A stretch of DNA of 64,000 bases from the human T2T-CHM13v2.0 reference genome, Homo sapiens. Shown here piece by piece: positions 40,425-53,223 of the stretch. How positions within the stretch are numbered: the stretch's first letter is position 1; each line of letters starts with the position of its first letter. The notes beneath the pieces were generated by a model. The model saw nothing but the letters and a program-made list of their open reading frames with translations, was not told the origin of the DNA and searched no databases. The DNA lies in the NCBI RefSeq assembly GCF_009914755.1, contig NC_060925.1; one strand, given 5' to 3'. The position numbers and the translations under genes are program-made.

Positions 40425-40711
40425 TTTGTTTCTCTTTTTTTTTTCCTGGGGACAAGGTCTCACTCTGTTGGGTTTCCCTCTGTTGAGACAAGGTCTCAAG
40501 GCTGGAGTGCAGCAGCACGATCATGGCTCACTGCAGTACTGACCTCCTGGGCTCAGGGAATCCTCCCATCTCTGCTTATGGGGTCACTGGGAATACAGGT
40601 GCACATGACCATGTCTAGGTAGATTTTTTTTTTTTTTACAGAGACAGTGTTTCACCATGTTACCCAGGCAGGTCTCAAACTCCTGGACTCCAGTGACCAC
40701 CGTGCCTGGCC
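40425..40711 (-). mobile_element. Alu (AluJ-like, internally deleted)
   Basis: Reverse Alu fragments, including a duplicated gacaaggtctca. Confidence 0.8.
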
Positions 40712-41846
40712 TGAGTTTTCTTCATATGCCTAATGTTGTTGTTCTGATCAGAATCTCTATGTTCAATATTAGGGACAAGAGAGGACTTTAAGGATGAGAA
40801 AACATTAATGATCAAAATATACCTGGAAAGGGGCCGATGGGATTGATGAGGATGAAGGGCCCTGGGAAATGCCTGGACCTGAGGGTTGCTGGGAAATGTT
40901 CCACTGTGGGAAGATCCCTGAGTCTAAAGGAAAGATTTCCAGACCATAGCGCCATGACAGGGAGACACGGACCCTTGTGCATTTCTCCCCCATGTCCTGC
41001 AGAGCCCACAGCTTCCACCCTCTGTGGCTTCCAGCTTGGGGGAGTCTCCCTTCTTAGGCCTGGCCACTGTGCTTCTGTCTGGCCTCTGTCCCAGCTCACA
41101 TTCTCAGATTCAATCTCCCGAAGCTGGTTTTCTGAGGGGTGCCCATCATTTTTGTGAGTAAACACGCTTTACCTTCTAGAGGTGACCAAGACTGTATCTC
41201 GTCCCATGCCCTCAAAGGCAATATTGTGTTTTGAGTCTACAGTGTCTCTTTTGTAATTATTTCCTTTTCAGTTTTTGAATTCAATCTAAATGGAGTCTTT
41301 CAATCCTTCCGTCTCCTCTCCCACAAAATACCCACCATGTTTTATGCTGTCTTGGTTCCTTCCCAGGGTTCCATTAGAACACCCGGTCCCATCCTGCCCA
41401 GCCCCCACCTCACTTTGTAATTTTGGTTTAATTTCCTCCGGAGAAGCCTGAACCTTCGTCTTGAGATCAATCACACCCTCAGTGGTTCCCCTCTGCCACC
41501 TGAATGGGCATATGATCTACCATGTTAGAAAGCGTAAATCCCAGCTGACCACTGGATATGCAGAGATATTTATTCTGCTTTCTTAGGGATGAAATTACTG
41601 TCTTCTTAGAGCTGTTTTAGCTCTGAGACATTTTGATAATGTTTATGTGGCCAAAGATCCCCCAGCAAAGATACCTTCAGGTTTTGTTTTTTCTGTCAAA
41701 TGCCAGAAACAGATTCAACCCTTTCCTGCATCACTATGAAGCTCTCATGTCAGTCAAACTCCATCAGTGTTTGTGGAATAAAGGAATGAATGAGTTGTGG
41801 ACTTTCACCCTATTATTTATATCTTTCACTTTCATAAACGTATATC

Positions 41847-41988
41847 TGATCCAATCAATTAATCAGAAGAAAGTCGCAAACTCAATCAGGATTAACTGGG
41901 TGGAACTTCAGAATCTAATCAGACATCATTTTCTGATTGGAAGTTGGTTGTTGAGATGGGGAGGGTGTGGTTAGAAAGGTCCATAAAA
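41847..41988 (+). promoter_or_regulatory. PRAMEF12 promoter: three DUX4-like 11-mers, inverted CCAAT, and variant TATA (CATAAAA at 41982)
   Basis: tgatccaatca 41847, aaactcaatca 41878, gaatctaatca 41911, tgattgg 41934. Positionally conserved with the PRAMEF1 promoter. Confidence 0.75.
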
Positions 41989-42011
41989 GCTCCCGAAGGT
42001 GCACAGGAGAG

Positions 42012-42090
42012 AATCCAAGGCGCTGACACCTGGAGCTACTGCTCGGTTCTCTGAGAGGTTGCAGCACCCTGCAAACTGAGTCCAGATCTG
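42012..42090 (+). other. PRAMEF12: Putative non-coding first exon of PRAMEF12
   Basis: Starts about 30 bp after the TATA-like box (start inferred) and ends at a strong donor CTG|gtaagt. Homologous to 59685-59762. Confidence 0.65.
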
Positions 42091-43141
42091 GTAAGTCACC
42101 ACCTCCTTAGGGTCATGCCCATCTGATCTGCAGCCAGCCAGCCAGTCAGGGATGGTGACATGCAGCCCAAGGTGGCAGAGAGAATTTTCTTGTCTGTTTT
42201 CAGAAGAACAAATTTAGGCTTTGATTTTTCCTCTAAATGTAGTTTTGTCTTCATCCCCCAAAATTGGATTTGTGCTTGGTTTTTGTCATTTCAAAATTCT
42301 TATTGAAGCAGTTTTTTTTTTAACAAGAGATATTAAAAAGTTACAACTGGTTGAATTTTTATTTCGTGACATTTGAAATAATTAGTTTTTGTGCCCTTAA
42401 ATTATAGTTCATAGACTTGGTGGCATCGTGATTTTACATGTTAGGCCTTAGTTTTTACTAATACCTTAAAGATATTCCATAGGCCATTCTCAAGAGTGGA
42501 GTCTTTGTTCTGAACATGGGACCCATTTTTTTCCCCTAGATTCCATCCCAAAGTGGGTCATTGTGAGTCTGTGTAAGAGATCAACATTGGAACCTTCATC
42601 TGAGAGTTAGTGTTTTTATCCCTAACTTTCACAGGCTCTAGAACACTGTCATGCTGTTTTTACAATTTCTTGTTACAATTTTTCAAAATAAAAAATAATG
42701 GCGCTGATTCCAAGGAGTCCCTTTAGTCTTCTGCAAGCATGTCAATTGTGGGAACTGAGAATGTAGGCTGTGTGGGGCCACAGGACATTCTCGTTCCCAT
42801 TGTTTTAGGGTGGTAAGTGACAAGAAATATTTTCTCAAAAAGGTGGAGCTTAGCTTTCAGGATCCTCAGCAACGCTTCCCAGTGTTACTGAGATTTAGTG
42901 CAGCAATGGTTGAAAATGAATGGGCCAGTGGTTACCTTGCCCTCTCCTCATTGTTTGGAAGACATTCTTTATGGTACCAGCAAGGGCAGAATTACAGATT
43001 TGTGTCCAGAAAGTGCAGAGTGGAATTGGGGTGAACTAATTACCTTTCCACCTCTACCAGAGCAATGACATTGGCACTAGGAGATGATGAAGTGATGTGA
43101 TTTGCCGTAAGAATGATGTTTTTTTCTCTAGATTCATCAGG

Positions 43142-43428
43142 ATGAGCCTCCAGGCCCCACCTAGACTCCTGGAGCTGGCTGAGCAGAGTCTGCTGAGAGA
43201 CCGGGCCTTGGCCATCCCCACCCTGGAGGAGCTGCCCAGGGAGCTCTTTCCCCCACTGTTCATGGAGGCCTTTACCAGGAGATGCTGCGAGACCCTGACA
43301 ACTATGGTGCAGGCCTGGCCCTTCACCTGCCTTCCTCTAGGGTCCCTGATGAAGTCATGTAATCTAGAGATCTTTCGAGCTGTGCTGGAGGGGCTTGATG
43401 CACTGCTTGCCCAGAAGGTTCGCCCCAG
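43142..43428 (+). CDS. PRAMEF12: PRAMEF12 coding exon 1 (BC-box/Cul2-box region)
   Basis: [40 protein letters not shown]...KVRPR; acceptor ctctag|at 43131/43132; donor CAG|gtgagg; 287 nt. Confidence 0.95.
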
Positions 43429-43816
43429 GTGAGGTGACCCAGCTAACCAGGTGGGGAGGGCTCAGGCATCCAGGGTAGGGTTAGCTGGGTCAGAAGGAGT
43501 GGGAGGCCCAAGGGTGGCCCAGAGACTTCTGATGGGGCTGGGGAGGAAGCTCAGAGAGGCCTTGGCCATTGTCCAGCTCCTCTGGGAAAGGACTGCTCAC
43601 CATGCAGGGTCCACTGAAGGATCAGGAACCTGCCTCCTGCCAGTGGCAATTGAAGACACTAGCAGTGGGGACCAGGCAGGTTTCAAGGAGAAAGAGGGAT
43701 GGAGAAAAGACAGAGAGTGGGAGAAGCAGCAGGGAGGAGAGTCGCTGATGTCCGGGATGTGGATAAAAGCTCAAATCCTTCCTAAATTTGGAGCCTCTCT
43801 TCTCTTTTACCCACAG

Positions 43817-44392
43817 GCGGTGGAAACTTCAAGTGTTGGACTTGCGGAATGTGGATGAGAACTTCTGGGGCATATGGTCTGGAGCTTCTGCACTCTCCCC
43901 AGAGGCCCTGAGTAAGAGACGAACAGCAGGGAACTGTCCAAGGCCGGGTGGGCAGCAGCCCTTGATGGTGATCCTAGACCTTTGCTTCAAGAATGGGATG
44001 CTGGATGAATGCCTCACCCACTTCTTAGAGTGGGGCAAGCAGAGAAAAGGCTTACTGCACGTGTGTTGCAAGGAGCTGCAGATTTTTGGAATAGCCATCC
44101 ACAGGATCATAGAGGTCCTGAACACGGTGGAGCTAGACTGTATCCAGGAGGTGGAAGTGTGCTGCCCGTGGGAGCTGTCCATTCTTATAAGGTTCGCCCC
44201 TTACCTGGGCCAGATGAGGAATCTCCGCAAACTTGTTCTCTTCAACATCCATGTCTCTGCCTGCATTCCCCTAGACAGGAAGGAGCAGTTTGTCATCCAG
44301 TTCACCTCTCAGTTCCTCAAGCTGGACTACTTCCAGAAGCTTTACATGCACTCTGTCTCTTTCCTCGAAGGCCACCTGGACCAGCTGCTCAG
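43817..44392 (+). CDS. PRAMEF12: PRAMEF12 coding exon 2
   Basis: ccacag|GCGG...CAG|gtgagg; 576 nt; RWKLQVLDLRNVDENFW...LEGHLDQLLR. Confidence 0.95.
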
Positions 44393-45284
44393 GTGAGGAA
44401 GTATGGTGAGCTTTCTCTGCAGACCGCAGCAAAGACTTTCTTTATTACTGTAAACACCAGGGGGTATCTACTGTGAGCCAGCTTGTGAGGAGGTAACAGC
44501 GAAGGGGACACTAGAATGTCCATGCATTGTCCTGTTGGCAGCTCTGTCCTGAAATAGGTGTCACACATCCATCCCAATAAGCCAGCGGGATCTCCTGGGC
44601 TAGATGCTATAGAGAGGCTGCCATGCTAGGAAGGTACTGCAGGGTTTAGATCTAGTGAGGGTGCATTCGTGAATTCCTCCCGAGGATGTGTGTCTAAGTT
44701 AAGACGATGGGAAATGGGGAGTTGAAGAGGGCACTAAAGAAGAGAATGTCCATCACACCCCTCCATTTTAAAATATAAGGTCTGTCCTCACCTGCCTAGT
44801 GAACAGGTAAAATCCTGTGTCTCCCTCTGTCAGTAAAATGTTTTGAGCTCCAAAACATGATGGAATAGAGGGTGAGGGAGCAGGAGTGAAGAATGGTGAA
44901 AGTGATAGATGGTTTGCTGATGATACGGGCATGTCAGGGTCTCCTGCAGCCTGGCCACCCCAGCTGAGGTTGCAGGATCTTGCCTGGGTTTGTCATTTAT
45001 GCCTGTGTCTCCATCGGGCTCCTGTGGCCCAGAGATGTGGTTTTCTACCTGACACATGAGGAAAGGGAGCATTAGAGTTCATGGACTTGACCCAGTCACC
45101 CGAGTGATGGTGAAGGACTGAGCCTCGATTGGGTCTGCCCTGAATGAGCAGAGTCTCCATTCCCACACCCCAGGTGCTGATTATCCTCAGATAAGCAGAA
45201 CAGCCTTGGGTTGTGAAAAGTGTCATCTCTCACCTTGAGGTCTTCCCCACCACTCTCCTCTAACTCCTTCTTGTTCTCTCCCAG

Positions 45285-45873
45285 GTGTCTCCAGGCCCCC
45301 TTGGAGACAGTCGTAATGACCGAATGCCTGCTGTCAGAGTCGGACCTGAAGCATCTCTCTTGGTGCCCGAGCATCCGTCAGCTAAAAGAGCTAGACCTGA
45401 GGGGCATCACACTGACCCATTTCAGTCCTGAGCCCCTCTCAGTTCTGCTGGAGCAAGCTGAGGCCACCCTGCAGACCCTGGACTTAGAGGACTGTGGGAT
45501 CGTGGATTCCCAACTCAGCGCCATCCTGCCTGCCCTGAGCCGCTGCTCCCAGCTCAGCACCTTCAGCTTCTGTGGGAACCTCATCTCCATGGCCGCCCTG
45601 GAGAACCTGCTGCGCCACACCGTCGGGCTGAGCAAGCTAAGCCTGGAGCTGTATCCTGCCCCTCTGGAGAGTTATGATGCCCAGGGTGCTCTCTGCTGGG
45701 GAAGATTTTCTCAACTTGGGGCTGAGCTGATGAAGACACTGAGGGACTTAAGGCAGCCCAAGATTATTGTGTTCAGCACTGTCCCCTGCCCTCGCTGTGG
45801 CATCAGGGCCTCCTATGACCTGGAGCCCAGTCACTGTCTGTTGAATGCCTGCTGTCAGGGTGGATTTATTTAA
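45285..45873 (+). CDS. PRAMEF12: PRAMEF12 coding exon 3 (LRRs, to TAA)
   Basis: ctcccag|GTGT...; [25 protein letters not shown]...CCQGGFI*. 287+576+589 = 1452 nt = 483 aa plus stop. Confidence 0.95.
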
Positions 45874-46157
45874 AGCTTTCTTCTGGTCATTTGGCAACTG
45901 AATCCTAGGCCATGAGTGTATGTCAAAGGGAGCACAGACCCATCGTTTCATATGCCTGCTCAATGTGAACGGGAAAGGAAAGGGGATGCAGGAAGGGAGG
46001 GACTGGGGGAAAAGTTGAGTTGGAGTCAATAGGAGCTTTAGAGACCTGTGTCCCAGAGAATCAGAAATGGGAATCTGAATTGCTAGAATGAGAATCAGGT
46101 AGGAGAGACACATGAGACAGTTACCCCTGCACGGATGGTTGTAAAGAAACAGTCAGA

Positions 46158-46163
46158 AATAAA
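46158..46163 (+). terminator. Probable PRAMEF12 polyadenylation signal (AATAAA)
   Basis: First AATAAA, about 285 nt after the stop. Confidence 0.7.
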
Positions 46164-47595
46164 GGGAAGCTGAGTGGAAACTGTCTGGTGTCCTCCATGA
46201 TTGCTTCACCTGGCTTAACAATTTTAACCTAAGGAATCTCAAGTTACTCATGGGGGACAAAAGGCACTAAGTTCTCTAAAATTAATGAGGTTCAGCCCAA
46301 GGAAATAAAGGCATCAAAGTGGAATGTGATCGTTTTGCTCAATTCCTTTTTTTTTAATTTCTCTCTGGGCATGTGTCTATTTAGTGGGTTAATACACGTG
46401 AGATGCACTTACGGGGCCTGGACCATTCTAGGTGGGCAGTGAGGGTCAGTCACTGAAGTTCAGCCCCTTCTTCGCAGGGCCCTCACTTTTGTCCAGATGC
46501 TTAGACCCTGTTTACTCCTGATGGGTGGATTCAGAACGCTCAGTTGCTGACCATTACCTGTGCTGGGAAAGGATTTCACTGCACAAGGTGTGGCCTCTGC
46601 CCTGGAAGGGGAGCTCCACACTGTATGAGCAGGAGCCTCAGGGCATCACCAACCCATGCTTGTTCTCATGGAGGGTAGTGACCCTTGCAATATTAAAATA
46701 GTTGTGGCCAATAAAGACATCCAAATTCCCTTTTTGGGAAAATGCTTAAATTATGCAGGCATATAGTACATTTTAAACATTTCTAGCCCACATTTAACAA
46801 ACATTTTATCCTTTTGGGGAGCTAGGTCATATTGATGAGATTTTCCCATAACACTTGCCTTCTCTCCCTCTCAAGGAAGACTAGTGCAGTGTGTTTGGGT
46901 ATCACACGTCATCAGAGGGTGGATAATGATCAAGTGCCTGTGGGTGATGAGTGACCTTCGCTGTGCTGAGGGACCCTACACAAAAGGCTCCCGAGTGTGG
47001 GACCCTGCTGAGGACACAGGGGCTGGTGCTGTTGGGCAGGAAGCTGAGGAAAGAGCCTCAATTTTCCTGTAGAATGAGAAGGATTATGCCCACCAGCCTG
47101 TGGGACCCTCTTAGGACACAGTGAGATGGTACATGGTTATGACTTGGAATGGGGCCTTTCATACAGTAAAAGCTTAATACATGCATCCTGTCTTTCTTTT
47201 TTCCTCCTAATAAAAGTCTCAGCATTCTTCATCCTTCAATCTCACCTCCTATTCCTCATAACAGGGAGGCAGTAGGGACCCAGGGCATGCAATGGGACTC
47301 AGCTTCTACACGCCGCCACCGCTTAATCATGATTCCTGTAAACAGCAGGACCTCAACAACCAGCAAAGAACGGGGTGGGCAGTGCAGGACTGAATTCATC
47401 TCTAGTGATCATGAGATAAAAATTTCCAAACCACGGGACTCATGTGCCATCTGCTGTAATTTAGTTAGACCGTCTGGTGTAATTTAGTGATGAAAGCAGG
47501 AGTATATTAAGTGGTACTTCCAAAAATCTGCTATTATGTAAATGTTTATGGAGTGTCACTATTCATTTGTTGGCTATTCTAAATAATTGGCCATG

Positions 47596-48384
47596 TTGCC
47601 CCAATACCCCTTAAAGTCAGAGGTAATCCAAAGACTTTCCCCAATTGGAGAAGATTTAATAGAACAAGGACTTACAATTCCTTGTCCCAATCCATGTAAC
47701 CCTTCCATCCTGCCAGATATAAAACCTAACTGACAAGGTTAATGATTTGTGCAAGACTTACATGCAATAAAGAAAATTGTAATAGTGAGATATACTGTGG
47801 CTTCACATGAAATATCTTGTTATGTAAGGTGACTACAGACTCTAAATGGTACCCAGTGAGAGATTTCTCCTCTGCCTTCCTTAGGATTCCTGTTGATGAG
47901 GAGAGCCAATACTTGTTGGCCTTTACTTGAAAAATTCAGCAACACGCCTGGGTTGTAACGCCACAGGGGTTCACTGGAGTCCCATCATAGTTCTCGCAGG
48001 GATAACACCAGGACCTGTTAACCTTACCATTCCCTAGAAATTCCACTCTCATTCAATATGCAGTAGGTGTGCAGTTATGTTCTCTTACCAAGGGACACTC
48101 TAATAGATTCCATTTATCTTTTAGAGCAGTAAGCTTACAAGGGCCCTAAGACCTCCATGAAAACTTTTCCATTCTCTAGAGAAAAGGTCCTTACTTAGGA
48201 CATAATCCAAGTGCAGGGAAAGCTTCCATCTCATCTGAAATAATAAAGACAATCCACGGTTTCCCTAGTCCCGTAACAATGAGGAGGTGCCCTCTTACAT
48301 GTGAGACATTGTAGCTGTTGGTTCCCAAATTTCTCTCTGCTGGCATCATTCTTATAATGAACTCACAGAAAAACTTTGTCCCAG
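47596..48384 (+). mobile_element. Degenerate class I (gammaretrovirus-like/ERV1) pol RT remnant
   Basis: Manual translation: LPQYPLKSEVIQRLSPIGEDLIEQGLTIPCPNPCNPSILPDIKPN*QG**FVQDLHAIKKIV...SKWYPVRDFSSAFLRIPVDEESQYLLAFT*..VTPQGF..NSTLIQYAVG (decayed QYVDD at 48054)...HCSCWFPNFSLLAS. Confidence 0.85.
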
Positions 48385-48388
48385 TGCG

Positions 48389-50199
<1,811 letters not shown>

Positions 50200-50200
<1 letters not shown>

Positions 50201-51000
50201 TTCCCTCAGCCTCAATTGGGATTTTAATGCCATCTCCATTTTTCCCTAGTCCTTTGCCAGGGAGACATCTCATTTTAGTCATGATTTTTTGACTCGTGGG
50301 GCTGTATAAGGAGGCTGGGATAGTAATCTCTGCATGTCATTGTTGTAACAAGTCTCGGCCCAAAAAATTATTTGGAATAAAAGTAATCATAGGTTGAACT
50401 GTACTTTCTTGATTATCAGGTCCTAGACAATGTAAAATCATGGTGCTTTGATACACTTTTGAGGCGCTGCCCACACCGACAAGTCCTGTAACAGGCTTTT
50501 GTTTAGGCCAATTTTTTGGCCATTGATTTAAGGCGATAAGGGAAACATCAGCATCGGTATCCAATAATCCTATAAACTGCTTTCCCTGAATAGTGACTGT
50601 ACACACAGGTCTATTCTCTGAGACATGACGAGCCCATTGAGTGGCTTTTCTGGCAGAGTTGGTACTTCCAAACCCTCCTGTCCTTTCCGTTTTGTTTTCC
50701 CAATTTTAATATAAGGCAAAAGCAATAATTGAGCAATTCTATTACCTGGATTGGCACTCCAGGGAACAGTGGAGCTGATCACTAACTGAATTTCCCCTTT
50801 ATAATCTGAATCAATTACCCCAGTATGAATTTGGACTCCCTTCAAATTTAGACTTCATCTCCCTAAAATGAGGCCTACTGTCCCTCCTGGCAGTGGGCCA
50901 TATACCCCTGTAGGAATCTTTTGCGGGGTCTCTCCAGGGAGTAAAGAAACCTTTTGAGTGGAACATAAATCTACTGCTGTGCTGCCTGCTGTGGCGGGGG
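50200..51000 (-). pseudogene. HML-2 pro (dUTPase plus protease), disrupted
   Basis: KGVQIHTGVIDSDYKGEIQLVI (dUTPase). GLLDTDADVS: the protease DTGAD motif is altered to DTDAD. Confidence 0.9.
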
Positions 51001-53081
51001 ACAGCTGTTGTATTGTTGTAATTGGCTGATTCCCTGAAGTGGTGGTATTTGCTGTGGGGGTTGCTGTCCCTGAAAACCCTGAAGAACAAACGGCTGAATC
51101 GGGAATGCCCCAGTTTGTTGTTGGGACTGAGGCTGGCCCCTCACCCCTTTTTCTGACAATAGTTGCCCATTTTTATCATATTTAGAACGACATTGATTAG
51201 CCCAATGTTTTCCTTTTCCATGTCTTGGACACAGGCCAGGTGGCTCTTTATTTTTACTCTGTTTATTTAAGACTGGGCAGTTCTTTTTTAGATGACCGAT
51301 TTGACCACAATTATAACATTTCCCCCCAAATGCTCTAACTATCCTCCTAAAGTGACTCCGGTCATTGCTTGAGCCATTAGCATTGCCTTACGCATAGCTC
51401 CTCCAATCCCATCACAAGCTTTCACATATTCTGTAATTACATCAACTCCTGCTGGACCTTTTCCTTTTAATGGCTTTATGGCTGGTTGAAATTCTGGATT
51501 TGACTTTTGAAAAGCCATTATTTCTACAATAACTTTTTGGGCATTATCATCTGAAACAGATTTTTCAGAGGCATCTTGCAACCTTGCCACGAAGTCTGGA
51601 TATGGCTCTTTACAGCCTTGTCTAATTGAATTAGAAGAAGGGCAAGCAGTGCCTGGGCAAGCGATGCCTGGGCAAGCGGTGCGTGGGGCACCCAGGTGCC
51701 TGGGTCCTGAATTTTTTCCCAGTCCCTGAGGCAAAGAGCCTTTAGATGTTCAATACCCTCATTCTGCATTACTGATTGTTGGCCAATTGTGCTCCAATTT
51801 GGACCTGTTCCTAGCAATTGATCTGCATCTATATTAACAGCGGGATAAATAGCCTGATTTTTTCATGCCTGTTCTTGTACTCCATCAATCCACCAGGTTT
51901 TAAATTGTAGGAACTGAGAGGGTGAAAGGGAAGATTTAGCCAACGTTTCCCAATCATAGGGAATAAGTCTATTTCCATGAGCAATGGAATCTAATAAAGT
52001 TCTCATATAAGGGGAGTTGGGTCCATATTGTTTAACTCCTTCCTTCATATCTTTTAACATTTTCATGGTGAAAGATTCATATCTAGCCTCAGTTTGGACA
52101 GACGCTCCAGCTTGCCCCCCTTTCCCAGCTGGTATTGGTTGTAAAATTACAAGGAACTGCCATGCCTCACGATCTCCCTGTTTTCTGGCTTTATCAATGA
52201 TTTCATGCAGTGTACTACCTTGTCCACTAGGTGGTGATGTAGGATTAAACACCACTGGGTTGCTGGTGAGGTGCCGTGCTATGTGGCACGGGACACACAG
52301 CTTGAGGTCTGTATTGAACCTCCGGAGACAGCCCATACTGAAGCTCAGCTGGCGGCCAGTATTGATAAACTACCGGTGGTTGGGTCTTATTTTCTACCAG
52401 CTGATATTGTGGATACTGTATCTGAATTGGCATTGCTGGGATAGAGACTCTATCCTTTTCTACTTGATATTCTCTTGGGGTTTGCACTTGTCTAACCTGC
52501 ATTTGAGGTTGTAATGTTACAGGCATCTGAACCACTGGAGGAGGAGTTGATGGCCATGGTGGTTTAGGCTCTGGTAGCCCCAATAATTCTGGACCTCCTT
52601 CCACCAGTTTTGATGATTCAGGATATACTACCTCCTGTAACTGATTGTAGTCAACATTTTGCGTTGACTGAGCCATTACAGACTCTGCTACATTTTTACA
52701 ATGTGAACTTTCCATTAATTTCCGGGATTTTGTCTCTGCCTCTTCTTCACAATCTACTACACATCTTTCAGGGGCATCAGAAATTGAAAGGCTGTCTTTT
52801 TCTATTTGAAACGGTTCTAAAGTTGCTTTAATAATGGGCCAATCATTCCATACTGTAAGTGGGATGATTTTACCTTCCCTATTTGCTTGTTTTAATTCTT
52901 TGCCAATTTTCCCCCAATCTTTTAGATCTAAAGTTCCCTGTTTTGGAAACCATGGGCAGAATTGTTCTATTGTTTGAAATAACATAATTAGATTTTCTGT
53001 AGAAGCTCTAACTCCCCATCTTCTTAGAAGAATTTTAATGAAGCTGAGATAAGAGGCATATTTACCTTCAGTTTGTCCCAT
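50971..53081 (-). pseudogene. HML-2 gag (frameshifted); the first 278 codons from the ATG at 53081 are open
   Basis: MGQTEGKYASYLSFIKILLRR..FCPWFPKQGTLDLKDW; GVKQYGPNSPYMRTLLDSI; KEPYPDFVARLQD; C-terminus PPPQQAAQQ*. Confidence 0.93.
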
Positions 53082-53203
53082 TGTTACCCTGAGTTCCACT
53101 GAGCGCACAAGCTTACCGCATGGCTGACCATGGAAGTACTTGGGAATCTCTCGTTGACTGTCTTCAATGCTCACGTTTTTAGTGTACCTTCACCCTAGAG
53201 AAA

Positions 53204-53221
53204 GGCCCATGTTGGGCGCCA
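53204..53221 (-). promoter_or_regulatory. Primer binding site for tRNA-Lys
   Basis: TGGCGCCCAACATGGGCC, 2 nt after the LTR CA end; 2 mismatches to TGGCGCCCAACGTGGGGC. Confidence 0.9.
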
Positions 53222-53223
53222 TA

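Larger units (their letters stand above)
38930..45560 (+). repeat. Direct paralogous block (PRAMEF duplication unit) matching ~56375 to the window end
   Basis: Collinear anchors: gcatcccaggtgca (38983) / gcattccaggtgca (56424); ggtgctgagctcaccctcagcctcaggtt (~39972 / ~57344); gttgctgggaaatgttccactgtgggaagatccc (~40885 / ~58249); then promoter and exons. Confidence 0.93.

Noticed and set aside
43451-43858. 135-aa ORF, with a counterpart at 61887-62108
   Set aside because: Lies in the PRAMEF intron. The similarity reflects gene duplication, and ORF limits differ between copies.
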